A stretch of DNA of 64,000 nucleotides from Tubulanus polymorphus. Its lineage: Eukaryota; Animalia; Nemertea. Below are positions 60,501 to 64,000 of this stretch, piece after piece (position 1 is the stretch's first letter; each line of letters opens with the position of its first letter). The notes beneath the pieces were generated by a model. The model was not told the DNA's origin and did no database searches. It worked only from the letters and a program-made list of their open reading frames with translations. The position numbers and the translations under genes are program-made. The stretch is taken from NCBI RefSeq assembly GCF_964204645.1, contig NC_134031.1, positions 6,014,001 through 6,078,000 of the forward strand, in the 5' to 3' direction.

Positions 60501-62579
60501 GTACCACGTACCCCAGTCGCTATAGCCGCCATCAATGTCTATTGGAAATAGAAAACATCATGAAAATAGTAATCAACTTGCTGTTACACATAATCAAACG
60601 TTAAGTCCTATGTCGAAACAAGGCTCTGGAACACTGACTCCGCGTGATGCACCCCAGTCGCTTAAGAAATTCAAAAATACCAATCAGTTAAATATACTGT
60701 ATTTGCTATACATAATAAAAACGTAGCCTATGTTAAAGAAAAGCCTCTAGTTCAGTGCAGCAGTCACGTTTTAGTCAATCATTGTAGAATCTGAGCCCAA
60801 TTCTGTGTCATTTTGAAATGCCAAATCAAAAATTGACAGGCCGGGGTCTAGAATAAGAGAAGAGGCATTTTGTCGGATAAAGCAGGCACAGGCCTCTATT
60901 GGGGTTTTGCCTGACTTCCGCCCTAAGTTGAGATAGATTTCTTGCGCGGACAGGTTGCCGCTAAGCGGCCACTAGTCTATGAATAAAGCCAATCAGCAGA
61001 TGTGTTGAGGCGCTTTTACGAAATTGAATCTGATTCGGTTATTAGCTAAATCTGATTCGATGTCGAAAACAGAAAGAATTAGTAAATCGGATCGTTTTTC
61101 GTAAATGAGTCGAATCAATTTATTATCAATTTAAAGGTCGCGATTCGAAAGAAAATGGGTGTCAATGGTGACCGAATTATTGATAGATGATTGTCTGCGA
61201 TAAATATCTTTAGCCCGCGGTCGAAGAGGACGCCATGTTGGATTTCACTGACTAAATCGCCACTAACTTGCTCGCCGAGCAAGTTAGTCGATTTAATAAA
61301 TCAATTTACTAAACCGCGTCCATAAACGAGTTGATTTACCAAATCGGATTCACTAAACCGCGTGCTGTAAACGTGAAACTTAAATCGATTTACAAAGATT
61401 CAGTTTCGTAAAAGCGCCTTTGTTTTTCACCAGCTACATCGCTCATCCTCGCTTGCCAGGGGTCCGGTATCACTCCCGAACTCGCTTCCACCAGCCCCCT
61501 GGCCTCACGAAGCGTTATTTCATTACTGGCGCTGTTGCGCGTGACGTCATATATCGATTTGCGAAATACTTCCTTGTTCAGTAAAACGTTCGCTGATTGG
61601 TCAATTTGACGGGAAACCAACAGAAGTCTACTGACGGTTTGTTACAAGCGCTGTGATTGGTACGACCGGATTCTGGTCGGCTAGTAACGACTCCAACGAC
61701 TCGTGAGGTCAAGGGGTTCGGGGAACAGCGAGCGTAGTACATCGATGCACATCGCTATCCATCCAGTTGGCTAGATATATAGACTGGTGAGCACCTAGTG
61801 GCAACCAAGAAATCTTGGGCAATATAATAGACAGATGAGGGGTTTGTGTTGTTGGCGTGAGCTTCGGCGGGCGGTTATCAAATCCTGGCAAGCGAGGATG
61901 GGTAAACCATACAGCTGCGTACAAGGAGGGTGTAAAAATGGAGGATTTATGCGTTTGTATGTGGATGGTTTGGTTGCCGCCCACCGAGTTCACATCTAAT
62001 AAAACCTTGGATGCAAACCCCCCATTGATCTATTACACCGCCAAAAATGCCTTGGGCCACCAGTCCAGCAAATATGATTCGTTGAATTGATAATAAGTTA
62101 TGTGAAGTACAACGCATCTGATAAGATTTGCTAGATATATAGACTGGTGGCCGCTGAGCGGCAAACTGTCCGCCCAAAAGGATTTGATGGAACCTTCCCC
62201 TTCTCTGGTTATCAATGTATACAAAAAATAGTATCAGAATAAATTGTTTTTTCAACAACTGTGCATTTTGGTCATTAACTTATGAAATACTGATTGATAT
62301 CAGTATCTACCGGTCATTATTGTAACGGTTTATACGGCGTCAAAGATGTCCGGATAGCGTGGCTTTTGCTGAAATACTCACCGGAACACGGCGCCTGTGT
62401 ACATTGTGACCTTTCAGTCTCGAGGGTACCTCGCTCACCATTTAGTATGCCTAGTAGACAGGAGATGCCACCATTTGATGGCGGCGGATTGTTACACACC
62501 CGTTTACGAGTTTTGACACCCACACCACAGGATTTGGAACATGTAGACCAGCCGCCCCAAATACCCCAGTTTCCATTAA
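51544..62579 (-). CDS. modular extracellular protein: TSP1 x3 - F-type (fucose-binding/FTP) lectin x3 - TSP1 x2; 5'-incomplete
   Basis: Twelve frame-compatible exons, all introns phase 1 (2294 nt, about 764 aa): 62382-62579, 60365-60538, 59544-59723, 58219-58434, 57114-57335, 56773-57000, 56012-56248, 54689-54910, 54222-54461, 53416-53610, 52156-52329, 51544-51551. TSP1 WxxWxxCSxxCGxGxxxRxRxC and FTP AIDG..CTHT..WWxVDL..NRxDCC..RL..LTLCEV motifs. No TM segment before the stop. Confidence 0.88.
52156..52329 (-). CDS. TSP1 repeat exon (type B, duplicate of 60365-60538)
   Basis: Same splice sites as its paralogue; [58 protein letters not shown]. Confidence 0.87.
53416..53610 (-). CDS. TSP1 repeat exon (type A, duplicate of 62382-62579)
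   Basis: Same splice sites as its paralogue; [46 protein letters not shown]. Confidence 0.87.
53794..53864 (-). pseudogene. truncated third copy of the type-B TSP1 exon
   Basis: Intact acceptor, then [18 protein letters not shown], a deletion junction and TAG at 53794-53796. Confidence 0.75.
54222..54461 (-). CDS. F-type lectin domain 3, second half
   Basis: cctaaAG|GT..TTG|GTatg; [32 protein letters not shown]. Confidence 0.87.
54689..54910 (-). CDS. F-type lectin domain 3, first half
   Basis: gtcgcAG|AC..GTA|GTaagt; [44 protein letters not shown]. Confidence 0.9.
55043..55620. mobile_element. Harbinger-type non-autonomous element
   Basis: GGCCATACAAAGAAATACCCTAGTTTCTCA...TGAGAAACTAGGGTATCTCTTTGTGTGGCC|TTA. 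Confidence 0.72.
56012..56248 (-). CDS. F-type lectin domain 2, second half
   Basis: ttttctAG|GC..CAG|GTtcg; [31 protein letters not shown]. Confidence 0.85.
56773..57000 (-). CDS. F-type lectin domain 2, first half
   Basis: ttcatAG|AC..GCG|GTaagt; [41 protein letters not shown]. Confidence 0.88.
57114..57335 (-). CDS. F-type lectin domain 1, second half
   Basis: ctttcAG|CT..TCG|GTaagt; [34 protein letters not shown]. Confidence 0.88.
58219..58434 (-). CDS. F-type lectin domain 1, first half
   Basis: ctttAG|TT..TCT|GTtagt; [44 protein letters not shown] (not in the ORF track). Confidence 0.87.
58643..59193. mobile_element. long-TIR palindromic element rich in TTTTGGCG motifs
   Basis: Perfect 53-bp TIR, imperfect inverted match further inside, apparent 6-bp TSD ATGATT. 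Confidence 0.85.
59544..59723 (-). CDS. TSP1 repeat exon
   Basis: aaaAG|TG..CAC|GTaagt; [44 protein letters not shown]. Confidence 0.88.
60365..60538 (-). CDS. TSP1 repeat exon (type B)
   Basis: ccaatAG|AC..AAG|GTgagt; [58 protein letters not shown] (not in the ORF track). Confidence 0.88.
61008..61419. mobile_element. MITE absent from the paralogous duplicated intron
   Basis: AGGCGCTTTTACGAAA TIRs, TTG TSD; partial copy at about 50216-50468; empty site near 52762. Confidence 0.82.
61444..61748. mobile_element. insertion with 8-bp TSD
   Basis: ACATCGCT at 61436-61443 and 61749-61756, single at the empty site near 52779; 5' end CATCCTCGCTTGCCAGG is shared with the element at about 34998-35241. 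Confidence 0.72.
62382..62579 (-). CDS. TSP1 repeat exon (type A)
   Basis: tttgtAG|TT..CCG|GTgagt; [46 protein letters not shown]. Confidence 0.88.
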
Positions 62580-62796
62580 CTACAAATGAAAAAGAATAAT
62601 GAGAAATAACGAGCATCGTATTAGTGATAATTTTGCGTACAATGAAGTGAGATACAAGTGTTTACACTACGCTGGGTTCAAACTAGTTAGTTACCTAATC
62701 GTTGGTTGTAAGCTTTTTATAATCGGATGGGCTTATACCAATGTGGTTTGTGTGGTTTTTATGTGGTCTGTGAAAATGTCCGATCGTAACATTTGT

Positions 62797-63505
62797 GGCT
62801 TAAAATGGGGTCCCAAAATTAACTTTTTTTTCATATTACATGTAATTTGTAATAAAGTCCCTGGCTTCATTTAGCCTTATTTAGCATAGGCCTAAACTCA
62901 ATTCATTATACAGGCATACATCAAATAGCCTATGCATGTATGTTTATAATAAACAGTAACTTTCTGAAGAGAAATGAAAGGTTTTGCGCAAATCTGTAAT
63001 TCAATGTAATTCACTGTAATCGAGGTGTAATAAGCTGTAATAGCTGTAATAGCCAGATAAAACCAGTAATATTTGGCATAAATCTGTAATTCAATGTAAT
63101 TTGCTATAATTAAAGTGTAATAAGCTGTAATAGCTGAAATAACCATATAAAACCTAAGTAATCTGTAATTCAATGTAATTCACTGTAATTAAAGTGTAAT
63201 AAGCTGTAATGACTGTAATAACAGGTTTTACAGGTTGCCGGTTTTATCTGGTTATTACAGCTATTACAGCTTATTACACTTTAATTACAGCGAATTACAT
63301 TGAATTACAGATTTATGCCAAATATTACTAGGTAGTTTACATCAAGATCTTTATGTATTCTTTATATCATGTATATAGGGCTATATCATGAATTGAGTTT
63401 AGGCCTATGCATTGCGTATATCTGAGGCTAAATGAAGCCAGGGACTTTATTACAAATTACATGTAATATGGAAAAAAAGTTAATTTTGGGACCCCATTTT
63501 GAGCC
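62797..63505. mobile_element. foldback-type element with long inverted arms and internal tandem repeats
   Basis: GGCTTAAAATGGGGTCCCAAAATTAAC... / ...GTTAATTTTGGGACCCCATTTTGAGCC; internal CTGTAATTCAATGTAATT repeats in both orientations. Confidence 0.8.
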
Positions 63506-64000
63506 TTATATATCGTAAAACTAACGGTATATAGATCGTAAAACTAAACCACAGACTAGTTACTGACTAGGTTCAAACGAATCCCTGCGAACAAAAACAG
63601 CCCCCGCCCTGCCCGCGGGTCTACTGAATGAACCAGGGGGCAAGACGCATAGTCACGGCATCGACTTAAGACCAACTTGGTTTTGTAACCAATCTTACTA
63701 CTTAAGATCATTCTTAAAATCTATGACCACTTTCAAACTTATGTCACGACTGTATAACCAGACCACCCAAGTGCATTCTTTTAGAGAAGACCTTACCTTT
63801 TCTGAAAAACTTGTTTCATTTTACCGATTTGCGCAAACCCAATCGATATGAATTGTTCGGAAATATCAAATCATGTAATTAGCTACAAAAACACAATTGT
63901 CGCGAAGGATATGACTTCAGTGTGCTGAAACAGTCAAACACAGATTTGACGTTAAACCTACCCGCATTTTAAGCATTGCATTTAGACGTTTTCCAAATTT

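Larger units (their letters stand above)
60152..62682. repeat. intragenic segmental duplication, copy 2
   Basis: Matches 51943-53713 apart from insertions at 61008-61419 and 61444-61748 and small indels. Confidence 0.92.

Noticed and set aside
63790-63885. Strong minus-strand donor AAG|GTAAGG with upstream ATG as the first exon of the TSP1/lectin gene
   Set aside because: The ATG frame ends in phase 2, incompatible with the phase-1 acceptor at 62579, and encodes no signal peptide; it could at most be non-coding

Overview
Eukaryotic (marine invertebrate-like, probably spiralian; inferred) genomic DNA with AT-rich, transposon-dense introns and GC-rich exons. (1) An Abelson tyrosine kinase gene (ABL) on + has 10 clear coding exons at 21063-42547 (SH3-SH2-kinase-long disordered tail-F-actin-binding domain). 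Its true first exon was not found; candidate extra exons lie at 4070-4192, 38194-38235 and 38299-38355. (2) A single-exon, probably mitochondrion-targeted beta-hydroxyacid dehydrogenase gene is nested antisense in the SH3-splitting ABL intron (24414-25499). (3) A convergent - strand gene, 5'-incomplete, is built from symmetric phase-1 exons: TSP1x3 - F-type lectin x3 - TSP1x2 (51544-62579). Its recently duplicated TSP1 exons have diverged much more than their flanking introns, mostly by amino-acid-changing substitutions. (4) Many non-autonomous elements occur, including two Helentron/HINE-type elements that each carry four CTCF-consensus motifs at exact 154-bp spacing, TTAA MITEs, hAT- and Harbinger-type MITEs, a tRNA-derived SINE, foldback elements and minisatellites. 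All alignments and counts were done by eye; no database search was run.
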